64,000 nucleotides of DNA from Dehalococcoidia bacterium (GCA_030612025.1 JAUWOR010000001.1:135234-199233), one strand, 5' to 3'. Positions 50,433 through 59,529 are shown, counted from the first letter of the stretch. Notes: a model not told the origin generated them from the letters alone. Program-made: numbers and translations.

Positions 50433-50894
50433 TTCTTAACCTCCTTTCCTTGTTATTCACCCTCACCTTAAACCTCTCCCTTGAAGAGAGAGGTTAATGC
50501 AGGGTATTGTTGGAATGCGCCTTTATTTTTGTTCTCGAACTTCACCTCCCTCTCTTGGTTTTATTTCACTTCATTCTAATTTCGCCTATAGCTAATGTAA
50601 ATAGGCTTTTAGTAATAGTTTACATAAGAAAATGGTCATAGGTAGTTAAACCCTAAATTCTAAATCCGAAACAAAATCCAATGTGCAAAATTCAAAACAG
50701 AGATTCTTCGCCTTCGGCTCAGAATGACAGCCACTTTGTCACCCTGAACGAAGTGAAGGGTCTAAAGGACTCTGTATGACAGCGGGCAAAAAGTTGAGAG
50801 TAACAATTAGGGGGAGGATAAAAAAAGAACGATGGTTGAATGGTGCTACGAAGTTGCTCAACGTCGGAAAGTTTGTTATCATTGCCTAAAGTTT

Positions 50895-51182
50895 ATGGCC
50901 AAGTTCATAGTTTATCTAGAGCCAGCAGAAGAAGGGGGCTACATAGTTAGTTGTCCTCAGTTGCCAGGATGTGTTACCCAAGGTGAGACGGTGGAGGAAG
51001 CTCTAGAGATGATTAAAGATGCCATTCAAGAGTATATAGCCTCCTTGCAAAAGCATGGCGAACCTATCCCTCCAAGCCTTGAAGAGAGTATAGAAAAGGC
51101 TAAAGACATCAAGAGAGGCGTTCTACACTCTATCATTAAGCGATCCGGGATGAGCCAGCAGGAATTCCTCTCCCGGCGATAA
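50895..51182 (+). CDS. hicB: HicB antitoxin fused to a HicA C-terminal remnant
   Basis: HicB (PGCVTQGETVEEA..HGEPIP) followed by KDIKRGVLHSIIKRSGMSQQEFL, typical of a HicA C-terminus. Confidence 0.75.
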   Translation: MAKFIVYLEPAEEGGYIVSCPQLPGCVTQGETVEEALEMIKDAIQEYIASLQKHGEPIPPSLEESIEKAKDIKRGVLHSIIKRSGMSQQEFLSRR

Positions 51183-51209
51183 CTTGATAGCTATCTAGAG
51201 GCATTAAGG

Positions 51210-51527
51210 TTAAAGCAATTTCTTCCCTTTTGCTGCCTCAGCTACTATACCAATTTCCTTTACTCTTTCCCTGAATTCCTCCTCGGTATAGCACAGCAGC
51301 TCAACTCTCCTCAAGGGAATTCTCTTAAGCAGCATAGCAGCCCTTTGGGGGAAAGGAATATTAGCGAACTCGGGGGAAACAATCATAATGTCCCAATCGC
51401 TTTCCTCAAGCCAGTCTCCCCTAGCTCTTGAGCCAAAGAGGAAGGCACTCTTTATTTGAATGGACGAATTATGGAGCAGTTCCCTCAGATGCTCTATATC
51501 TATAATCCTAATTCCTTTTTCGCCCAT
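51210..51527 (-). CDS. Minimal nucleotidyltransferase (MNT)
   Basis: LFGSRARGDWLEESDWDIMIVS. Confidence 0.88.
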   Translation of the reverse strand: MGEKGIRIIDIEHLRELLHNSSIQIKSAFLFGSRARGDWLEESDWDIMIVSPEFANIPFPQRAAMLLKRIPLRRVELLCYTEEEFRERVKEIGIVAEAAKGKKLL

Positions 51528-51880
51528 TGTAATACTTCTCGACTCAGCCCGAGATGCATCTTGGCCGAGGCGACATCATACAATTTTGCTGGCACTGCAT
51601 TGGCAGCATTGGGATAGCGAGTGGTGAGATAGTCAGGACTTAATTCAGCAGCAGCGTGAGACACATTCTCTGGTGTTCCCAGCTCCTCAGCTAGTTCTAC
51701 CAAGTCATGGGTAAACGCCACTCGTCGTTTTTCTTCCAGATACACTACCTTAAGCGCTTTCTCTGCTGCTTGCTCCGAGAAAAACACCGAGGCGTAGTAC
51801 TTTCCCACATTTATCAGCTTGTCGGCAGTATCAAGATCCTCTTGCGACTGCTCCCACAGCCTGGCACTTTCTTTACGCAT
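51500..51880 (-). CDS. HEPN domain protein
   Basis: FFSEQAAEKALK, THDLVEL, YLTTRYP. Confidence 0.88.
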   Translation of the reverse strand: MRKESARLWEQSQEDLDTADKLINVGKYYASVFFSEQAAEKALKVVYLEEKRRVAFTHDLVELAEELGTPENVSHAAAELSPDYLTTRYPNAANAVPAKLYDVASAKMHLGLSREVLQWAKKELGL

Positions 51881-52106
51881 TGCCAGAATTATAACACAGT
51901 GGCAAATTATACTAACGTCATTGTGAGCCCTTCGCTTGCTGTCATTCTGAGGGAGAGAAGCGACCGAAGAATCTCCCCTTCACTTCGTTCAGGGCTTCGG
52001 CTTACCAGGACAGGCTCCGCGTGGCAATCTCTAGTCAAAATCCCCCCTCCCTCTAACTCCCTCCCACCAGGGGAGGGAGTATCAGTATAGATTGCTTTGG
52101 ATAGCA

Positions 52107-52251
52107 GAGGCCGTTTAAAAATGTAGTTGCCCAATTTATTGGGCGGCTGTGCCTGATAAATCAGGCAACTACGAAAATTTTGGGGGTGAAGGTTACTAAA
52201 ACTAAATGAGGCAAATCTAGTTTTGAATCTGGGGCAAAATTAAACGGCCTG
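52107..52251. mobile_element. REP-carrying MITE-like element abutting the truncated GIY-YIG gene
   Basis: TIR GAGGCCGTTTAA / TTAAACGGCCTG; no TSD. Confidence 0.7.
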
Positions 52252-52469
52252 ACAACCTGAAAAGAGGTATCTACGCGCACAAAGAAAAACTGGCTAGCGG
52301 ATTTACCACAAAATACAACATTATCAAACTACTATATTATGAACTCTTCGAGGACATAGAAAATGGCATTTGGAGGGAGAAGCAAATCGAGGCTGGCTCA
52401 AGGCAAAAGAAAAATGAATTACTCGATGGTATGAACAGAGAATGGCCTGACCTGTATGAGGAACTGTAA
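52251..52469 (+). pseudogene. 5'-truncated small GIY-YIG nuclease
   Basis: DNLKRGIYAHKEKLASGFTTKYNIIKLLYYELFEDIENGIWREKQIEAGSRQKKNELLDGMNREWPDLYEEL*. Confidence 0.8.
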
Positions 52470-52527
52470 GAGATTGCTTCGGCACTCTGTGCCTCGCAAT
52501 GACACCGCACGAGGCTAAAGCCTCGCA

Positions 52528-53010
52528 CTACAAGTTACAAATGTCCTCTAATTCAAATGAGCCTGAATAAGGATAACTGCTATAATCCTCTACTAGCCCT
52601 TTCCTAACAGGGTTTCTAAAAATGTAGTGAGCTACGGCTATAGTAGCCTCATCATTTCTCAACACACGCTCATAATAATTTGGTTCCCATAGCTTCTCAC
52701 CATAAATGCCTTTAAACCAATAGCTAGTTTTTTGTTTGAGCAAGGTAATGAATCTCCTCATATCAGCAGCGCTATTTCTGCCTTCTATTAGCAAATGCAA
52801 ATGATCAGGCATAAAGCAATATGCCCAAACAGCAAAGCCTTCCTGCTCAGCCACATTCCTTAGAACTTCAACTACCTTAGTGACGACCTTGCCACGAATG
52901 AAGTGAGGTTTCAAATTATGTGAGCGTATAGTAATGAAGTATCGATAGTAGCCTTGATAGGAGAAGCTTTTCAGTCTCGATGGCTTTCTGTGTTCAACGC
53001 TTGGCTTCAT
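52528..53010 (-). CDS. REP-associated tyrosine transposase (RAYT / TnpA-REP, HUH Y1)
   Basis: RLKSFSY..YFITI, YCFMPDHLHLL (HUH), LWEPNYYERVLR, YIFRNPVRKGLV, YPYS; REPs on both sides. Confidence 0.9.
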   Translation of the reverse strand: MKPSVEHRKPSRLKSFSYQGYYRYFITIRSHNLKPHFIRGKVVTKVVEVLRNVAEQEGFAVWAYCFMPDHLHLLIEGRNSAADMRRFITLLKQKTSYWFKGIYGEKLWEPNYYERVLRNDEATIAVAHYIFRNPVRKGLVEDYSSYPYSGSFELEDICNL

Positions 53011-53041
53011 TGATAGGTAGATCGTAGCATAGCCATGACGT

Positions 53042-53200
53042 GTAGTGCGACCCTTTAGGGTCGCGCCCGGGGTTGACATCACTCGCCCCAGATGGCACGA
53101 GGCTAAAGCCTCGCACTACGGAGTTGCATATAATCTCAAACCAATCGTAGTGCGACCCTTTAGGGTCGTGCCACCGCACGAGGCTAAAGCCTCGCACTAC
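53042..53200. repeat. Two family-1 REP doublets upstream of RAYT
   Basis: GTAGTGCGACCCTTTAGGGTCG paired with GCACGAGGCTAAAGCCTCGCACTAC. Confidence 0.92.
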
Positions 53201-53303
53201 AAGCCTTGTACGACAAAGTCCGGCCTATTGACTTAAGGCTACCAAATAGCCACAATGAGAGACGGGGTGGCCCACGTTTGCCCCCTTTATTTGGTGGGGA
53301 CTT

Positions 53304-54080
53304 ATGGAGATTACTTACACAATCGTTTTTGCTTTTTTGGGATTTGCCGTGGGCAGCTTCCTCAACGTGTGCCTTGACCGCCTGCCACGAAACGAATCCA
53401 TCCTGAGCCCGCCATCACACTGCCAGGACTGCCATCATCGCTTAGCCGCTAAGGACCTTATCCCAGTATTCAGCTACCTGCAACTCCGTGGCCACTGCCG
53501 CTATTGTCAGGCTCCCATACCCAAGCGTCTCCTCTGGGTGGAGCTTGCCACCGGTGGCTTGTTCGCTTTCTTGTATGGCAACTATGGCTTGACCCCAGAG
53601 CTGGGTGTTATGGCTTTCTATACTTGCCTATTTATTATCATATTCGTGGTTGACCTGGAGCAGGGGCTTATCCTAAACAAGGTAGTTTATCCCGGGATGG
53701 CGGTAGCTTTGCTCTTTGCTTTATTCTTGCCACAGTCCTGGATTGGGCAATGGCCCGCTCCCCAGATTGCTAACGCCGCTATCGGTGGCGGCATCGGCTT
53801 CGTGCTACTCCTGCTAATAGCTATTATCTCCCGCGGGGGGATGGGATGGGGAGATGTCAAGCTGGCAGCCCTCATCGGCTTAGCCACCGGCTTCCCCCTG
53901 GTATTGGTTGCCCTGGTTATAGGAGCCATCATAGGTGGCCTGGTAGCTGTAGCCTTGTTGATAGCCAAAAAGAGAGGACGCAAGGAGGCAATACCCTTTG
54001 GTCCTTTCCTCTCCCTGGCTACTTTAGTCACCCTGCTATGGGGAAGCAGCATACTTGACTGGTACTTGGGGCTTATGTGA
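53304..54080 (+). CDS. pilD: Prepilin peptidase
   Basis: GSFLNVC, PPSHC..C, GHCRYC, VDLE, GGMGWGDVKL, IPFGPFL. Confidence 0.93.
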   Translation: MEITYTIVFAFLGFAVGSFLNVCLDRLPRNESILSPPSHCQDCHHRLAAKDLIPVFSYLQLRGHCRYCQAPIPKRLLWVELATGGLFAFLYGNYGLTPELGVMAFYTCLFIIIFVVDLEQGLILNKVVYPGMAVALLFALFLPQSWIGQWPAPQIANAAIGGGIGFVLLLLIAIISRGGMGWGDVKLAALIGLATGFPLVLVALVIGAIIGGLVAVALLIAKKRGRKEAIPFGPFLSLATLVTLLWGSSILDWYLGLM

Positions 54081-54136
54081 GAGCACTGCTTCAGAGGTAA
54101 CACTCTTCGCAATGACAAAGGCGGATATGCCATAAT

Positions 54137-54265
54137 GAGGTCGTTTAAGAATGTAGTTGCCCAATTTATTGGGCGACCGTGCCTGATAAATCAGGCAACT
54201 ACAAAAATCCGGGGGTGAATGGCTGCCAAAATCCCCCAGAACGGAAATCAAAATTAAACAACCTA
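54137..54265. mobile_element. REP-carrying MITE-like element
   Basis: TIR GAGGTCGTTTAA / TTAAACAACCTA; perfect TSD ATAAT. Confidence 0.8.
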
Positions 54266-54288
54266 ATAATTATACTAAGGGGAATAAG

Positions 54289-54642
54289 ATGGAAAAGGTA
54301 AATAATTATGTCGGCCTGAATAATAAGTATCTAAGGGAAGCTGACACCTTAGTCAGACAAGGCGATTATGTCCAGGCATCAGAGAAATTTTGGAGAGCAG
54401 CCGCTGAGATGGTCACGGCTGTAGCAGCCAAAAGAGGAATTGACCTAAGGTCTCACAGTGAACTTTACCGATTTGCCACCAAGCTCAGCCAGGAACTAAA
54501 TAATCGGGAGCTTATCAGACTCTTCGGGCTGGCTTCGGCTCTTCACCAGAACTTTTATGAGAGCTGGCTTCCTGCCGAGATGGTAATCGACTACGGCGAG
54601 GCAGTAAAAGAGCTAGTGGAGTTGCTAAGAAAGCTAGTCTAG
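54289..54642 (+). CDS. PaREP1-family (HEPN-like) protein
   Basis: GDYVQASEKFWRAA, SHSEL, ALHQNFYE. Confidence 0.8.
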   Translation: MEKVNNYVGLNNKYLREADTLVRQGDYVQASEKFWRAAAEMVTAVAAKRGIDLRSHSELYRFATKLSQELNNRELIRLFGLASALHQNFYESWLPAEMVIDYGEAVKELVELLRKLV

Positions 54643-55317
54643 TTATCTCCCTCGGAACAGGGCAAAAAAACTATCTTGATATTCCGGAAACAGCCCCCAC
54701 CTATTTAACTCTGCCACCAATTCCGGGGCATGAGAAACATCTCTCCTCACCTGGGCAAAAAGCTCCTCAATGTGATTTCGGGCATCTTTGGGCACCCCGC
54801 TGGCATCTATATTGAGAAAGCCTCTGCGGCGAAACTCAGCTACATTGGTGTGAATAGACCGGCTAGTTAGGTGATAGATAAACATAAGGAGCGATACATC
54901 CCATAATTCTTCCACTCCCTTAATTATGGCGCTCAACGGGTCAGGCTCCTCCTCTAGCTGGGCATTGAGCTTACTTATCACCTGCCTTAGAGATTCGGAG
55001 ACAACGTTCATCTCCTTAGGTTGATTCTTATAGCGGTAGAAAACGCCCGGCTCATCGGGCTGCTCTCTAGCCATAATGCTAAGGTATTTTCTCGACTCCT
55101 CGCTGAAGCCTTCCAACTTAACCAGATAAGAAGGAGTAACAATCCTTGGCCTTTCCGCGATCACCTTCCCATCCCGGACCACACTGAGATTTTCCGCCAA
55201 GCCAGTGACCACATAGTAATTCATAGTGGTGCTGCCAAAAGTAGCCAGGTGTTGCTGCGGAGGCCGGATTAGCTCAGTGTGCTCCACAGCATATCTAATT
55301 CTTTCGTCCATATTCAT
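54643..55317 (-). CDS. Hypothetical protein
   Basis: Long ORF with natural composition (LATFGST, IIKGVEELWDVSL); function not recognised. Confidence 0.75.
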   Translation of the reverse strand: MNMDERIRYAVEHTELIRPPQQHLATFGSTTMNYYVVTGLAENLSVVRDGKVIAERPRIVTPSYLVKLEGFSEESRKYLSIMAREQPDEPGVFYRYKNQPKEMNVVSESLRQVISKLNAQLEEEPDPLSAIIKGVEELWDVSLLMFIYHLTSRSIHTNVAEFRRRGFLNIDASGVPKDARNHIEELFAQVRRDVSHAPELVAELNRWGLFPEYQDSFFALFRGR

Positions 55318-55333
55318 AGCCCCAGACATTCCT

Positions 55334-55733
55334 GTAGTGCGACCCTTCAGGGTCGTGCGCTTAAGCTCGCACGAGGCTAAAGCCTCGTACTACGGACTTG
55401 CATATAATCTCAAACCTACCGTAGTGCGTCCCACATTCTCACCCTGTCGTAGTGCGACCCTTCAGGGTCGTGCCCTGTCTTAACATCACTCGCCCCAGAT
55501 GGCACGAGGCTAAAGCCTCGTACTACGGACTTGCATATGTTCTCAGCCTATCGTAGTGCGACCCTTCAGGGTCGTGCCCTGGCTTAACATCACTCGCCCC
55601 AGATGGCACGAGGCTAAAGCCTCGTACTACGGACTTGCATATAATCTCAAACCTACCGTAGTGCGTCCCACATTCTCAACCAATCGTAGTGCGACCCTTC
55701 AGGGTCGTGCACGAGGCTAAAGCCTCGTACTAC
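55334..55733. repeat. BIME/REPIN-like array of four family-1 doublets
   Basis: Repeated doublets with recurring linkers GGACTTGCATAT..CTCA and AACATCACTCGCCCCAGATG. Confidence 0.92.
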
Positions 55734-55750
55734 GTGATGACCGCTCCTGC

Positions 55751-56476
55751 CTAAATAAACATCTTGACCAGGTGGAAATTACGTGCCACCTTTTCCTTGC
55801 CAGCAATTATGCTGCCTGGCTCGGTGCTATGACCGGGAACCAGGTATTCCACATCAAGCTGAGATAGCCTGTCAATGCTCTTCCTTAATAAAGAAGGACT
55901 GCCGCCGGGAAAATCTGTCCGGCCAATGCTACCAGCAAAGACCACATCACCACTTATCAATATCTTCTCCTCCTCCAGGTAAAGGGAAATTGAACCCGGA
56001 GTATGCCCCGGGGTAAGCAAAACCTTGATAGCTAACCTATTCTTAGCACCCAGGCTCAAATCGCCTTCCCTGAGGTAGAAAAAGGGCTTGATGGCTGGTG
56101 CCTTACTCCCAAACACATCGTAGAAATGCTTCCCCATGTTACCATAAAATTCGTCCTCCTCGAGAGATAAAGTCATTAAAGCACCGCTTCTTTCCACTAC
56201 AGGCTCAACAGCCTCAAAATGGTCCGGATGACTATGAGTGCCGATTACCAAGCCCACCTCTTCTACCCTGAAGCCATCCTTCTCCATAGCTTTGGCCAAG
56301 GAATCGAAACAAGTCTCCCCAAGTTCGTCCTTGATGTGCCCCGGGTCAACCAATACGTGAGGTCGCTCTCCCCGTAAAACATGACACAAAAGGCTGGCAT
56401 TGCAGTTATTTCCCCTTCCGGCCCAGACATAGCAGTAAAAGTTCTCCGCTAACCTTACAGTTTTATGATAAATCAA
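55751..56476 (-). CDS. MBL-fold hydrolase (glyoxalase II-like)
   Basis: THSHPDH, TPGHTPGS, SGD, GRTDFPGG, PGH. Confidence 0.88.
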   Translation of the reverse strand: MIYHKTVRLAENFYCYVWAGRGNNCNASLLCHVLRGERPHVLVDPGHIKDELGETCFDSLAKAMEKDGFRVEEVGLVIGTHSHPDHFEAVEPVVERSGALMTLSLEEDEFYGNMGKHFYDVFGSKAPAIKPFFYLREGDLSLGAKNRLAIKVLLTPGHTPGSISLYLEEEKILISGDVVFAGSIGRTDFPGGSPSLLRKSIDRLSQLDVEYLVPGHSTEPGSIIAGKEKVARNFHLVKMFI

Positions 56477-56503
56477 AATTTTAACCTCCTCTACCTCGCA
56501 AGC

Positions 56504-56660
56504 GTAGTGCGACCCACATTCTCAACCAATTGTAGTGCGACCCTTCAGGGTCGTGCCCACCGCACGAGGCTAAAGCCTCGTACTACGGAGTTGCATATGT
56601 TCTCAACCAAGTGTAGTGCGACCCTTCAGGGTCGTGCACGAGGCTAAAGCCTCGCACTAC
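56504..56660. repeat. Family-1 REP array
   Basis: Two doublets plus a half-REP, same linkers. Confidence 0.9.
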
Positions 56661-56772
56661 AAAGTAAAGGGCAAGGTGGTGAGGGCAGCCATCCTTTGAC
56701 CCTTTCAATATTATAAGCTAAAATGCCGTCTAAATGAAATTCAAAGACGAATTCAAGAGGCGTGTTTATAGT

Positions 56773-56949
56773 GAGAGTGTTTAGAAATGTAGTTGCCCAA
56801 TTTATTGGGCTATTGTGCCTGATGAATCAGGCAACTTTGGCCCTCCATTCATTAAGGCCTGATTCACATCAGGCAACTACGAAAATTTGGGGGTGGAAGC
56901 ATCTCCAAAATGCCCAAAATTGAACAAGAAATCAAAATTATACAGCCTA
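56773..56949. mobile_element. REP-carrying MITE-like element
   Basis: TIR GAGAGTGTTTAG / TTATACAGCCTA; flanks ATAGT/ATAAT. Confidence 0.7.
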
Positions 56950-56968
56950 ATAATGACAGGGGAGTCAA

Positions 56969-57544
56969 ATGGGTAAGCTAAAGAGCGCCTGGGAAATTGC
57001 CCAAGAAAAAGCTGACAGGCTGGGCAAGCTATCGCCTGCGGAAATGCAGCGGCAAAGGGAGCAAGAATGCCGTCAGATTGGCCGGGCAATAGCCCAAAGA
57101 TATCTTGATAATCCCGAGCCGCTAAGTTTAGCCATAGAGCTAAACAAGTACCAAGAGAAAAAAGACCTGGTGCGACAAGCAACCCTAACTCACCTGACAC
57201 AAGCTATCGATTTAAGATTCCTCACTTCGTTCGGAATGACAAGCAAGCCGGAGAGAATTATCCAGGGAATAGCCACTGTCGAGCCGAAATCACAGTCAAT
57301 CATAGAACGAATAAGGGGGCTAGCCCAAGAATATGAGCCGCTGGCAGATAAGACAAGGCGAGCCATAGAAATCAAATGTCGGGAAACCTTGCATCAACTG
57401 AGAATCTCAGGAACAGCGGTGGGCAATATCAATATCGAGGCCACACCTCAGTGGCAACAAAGCTGGCACCTATTAACCGAACCTCTTGAACCAAGGCTTG
57501 ATAGCCTCAAACAGGAGCTAATTAATAGCATTTCCTCAGGTTAG
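56969..57544 (+). CDS. Hypothetical helical protein
   Basis: MGKLKSAWEIAQEK..LRISGTAV..NIEATPQW; RBS GGGGAG. Confidence 0.75.
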   Translation: MGKLKSAWEIAQEKADRLGKLSPAEMQRQREQECRQIGRAIAQRYLDNPEPLSLAIELNKYQEKKDLVRQATLTHLTQAIDLRFLTSFGMTSKPERIIQGIATVEPKSQSIIERIRGLAQEYEPLADKTRRAIEIKCRETLHQLRISGTAVGNINIEATPQWQQSWHLLTEPLEPRLDSLKQELINSISSG

Positions 57545-57604
57545 CCTCCGCTAGCAATCCCTCCGTCATATAGACATAGTATTGCTTATCCATGGCTACA
57601 TTAT

Positions 57605-58171
57605 GAAGGTGTTTGAAAATGTAGTTGCCCAATTTATTGGGCGACTGTGCCTGATAAATCAGGCAACTACACGGGGTAGCCTCGTACACGACATGAGGGT
57701 GTTTGAAAATGTGGCACGAGGCTTTAGCCTCGTGCACGCCCCTGAAGGGTCGCACTACGATTGGTTGAGAACATGTGGAACTCCGTAGTGCGAGGCTTTA
57801 GCCTCGTGCACAACCCGAGGGTGTTTGAAAATGTAGTTGCCCAATTTATTGGGCGGCTGTGCCTGATAAATCAGGCAACTACAAAATTTTGGGGGTGGGG
57901 TCGCACTACGATGGTTTGAGATTATATGCAACTCCGTAGTGCGAGGCTTTAGCCTCGTGCCATCTGGGGCGAGTGATGTCAACCCCGGGCACGACCCTGA
58001 AGGGTCGCACTACGATTGGTTGAGAATGTGGGACGCATTACGGTAGGGTGAGAACATATGCAACTCTGTAGTGCGAGGCTTTAGCCTCGTGCACGACCCT
58101 GAAGGGTCGCACTACAAGAACCCGGATGAGGCAAACCTAACTTTGAATCTGCGGGAAAATTAGACCGCCTC
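57605..58171. mobile_element. Expanded composite MITE (567 bp) filled with family-1 and family-2 REP doublets
   Basis: TIR GAAGGTGTTTGA / TTAGACCGCCTC; perfect TSD ATTAT; extra internal TIR ends. Confidence 0.75.
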
Positions 58172-58295
58172 ATTATACTAGAGATCGCGGAGCTTGTTCC
58201 GAGCCTAAGCGAGGAATCTCGCTCCTCGTAATAACCTGCCCAGATAGATTTGCATTTTACGCCAGATGTGCTAAACTAAAGTAAGAGGACATAAG

Positions 58296-58429
58296 GAGGG
58301 TATTTGGAAATGTAGTTGCCCAATTTATTGGGCAGCTCTGCCTGATGAATCAGGCAACTACAGAATTTGGCGGCAAAGGATTTCCAAAAATACCCGAAAT
58401 TGAACGAGCAATCAAAATTAAACAGCCTC
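58296..58429. mobile_element. REP-carrying MITE-like element in the response-regulator leader
   Basis: TIR GAGGGTATTTGG / TTAAACAGCCTC; flanks ATAAG/TTAAG. Confidence 0.75.
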
Positions 58430-58448
58430 TTAAGGGCTGGAGGATAAA

Positions 58449-59123
58449 ATGACTAAGGTATTCATAATTGACCAACAACCCCTGTTCCGCCAGGGCATAC
58501 GTGCCTCTCTTTCCCACACGACGGATATAGAGGTATCAGGGGAGGCTGATGCCAATGAAGAAATACTCTCTACGATTGAGACTTCGCCTCCCGATGTGGT
58601 GCTTTTAGGTACCAATGCTGCCTTTCTCGATAGCTTAGAACTATGCCATACCATAAAGCAACGCCTTCCCAGTGTGGCTACTATCATCCTCACTCCACAG
58701 CTAGAAGACAAGCAGCTTTTCCAGGCAATCAAAGCCCAAGCTTCGGCTTACCTGAGCCGGGATGTCGATGTCAATGAGCTGACGCAAGCTATCAGACGAT
58801 GCGCCCGCGGCGAGCACCCCATAAATGAAAACCTTGCCGACCGACCAAAGGTGGCCGAGCAGATACTACAGCAGTTTCACGAGCTCTCCAGGGAAAGAGA
58901 GGCAGCCACTTTCATCTCACCGCTCACCCCCAGAGAAAAAGAGATTCTTGACTATATGGCTCAGGGCTATCTCAATAAACAAATCGCTGAGGTGCTAAAT
59001 GTCAGCGAGCAGACCATCAAAAATCACATAACCTCTATTCTCCGCAAGCTCAATGCCAATGCTCGCACTCACGCAGTAGTGATAGCCATAAAGAAAGGCC
59101 TGGTCTCCATCATCCGGGAATAG
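58449..59123 (+). CDS. NarL/LuxR-family response regulator with pseudo-receiver domain
   Basis: LTPREKEIL..NKQIA..SEQTIKNHITSILRKL; REC reads DQQ, VVLLG, YLSR. Confidence 0.9.
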   Translation: MTKVFIIDQQPLFRQGIRASLSHTTDIEVSGEADANEEILSTIETSPPDVVLLGTNAAFLDSLELCHTIKQRLPSVATIILTPQLEDKQLFQAIKAQASAYLSRDVDVNELTQAIRRCARGEHPINENLADRPKVAEQILQQFHELSREREAATFISPLTPREKEILDYMAQGYLNKQIAEVLNVSEQTIKNHITSILRKLNANARTHAVVIAIKKGLVSIIRE

Positions 59124-59272
59124 CCTGGTCCCACCTGTTGTTGCCAGACACACTTTTCTCTTGTTATCGTGGGCTTGTCCCCGACCAAGCTGGGCTGGCA
59201 ACTTCCATATCTCCCTCTTGCTTTTCCTTGTCACTGAGGATAAACCTTGGCGCTACCCTCAGAAAGAACCTC

Positions 59273-59506
59273 GTAGTGCGAGGCTTTAGCCTCGTGCGGT
59301 GGGCACGACCCGAGGGTGTTTGAAAATGTAGTTGCCCAATTTATTGGGCGACTGTGCCTGATAAATCAGGCAACTACAAAATTTTGGGGGTGGGGTCGCA
59401 CTACATTTGTTGAGAACATTTGTGACTTGTAGTGCGAGGCTTTAGCCTCGTGCCATCTGGGGCGAGTGATGCTAACCCTGGGCACGACCCTGAAGGGTCG
59501 CACTAC
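59273..59506. repeat. Family-1 REP array with a nested MITE half and family-2 doublet
   Basis: GAGGGTGTTTGAAAAT+family-2 doublet replaces the loop of a family-1 hairpin. Confidence 0.85.
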
Positions 59507-59529
59507 ATAAGAAAATAACCCTTACTTAA

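Noticed and set aside
48726-54642. Integron cassette array
   Set aside because: No intI, mixed gene orientations, and no consistent RYYYAAC..GTTRRRY attC boundaries seen
55334-55733. CRISPR array (also 57605-58171)
   Set aside because: Repeats alternate as inverted pairs, the 'spacers' recur nearly identically, no cas genes are present, and the units match the RAYT-flanking REPs
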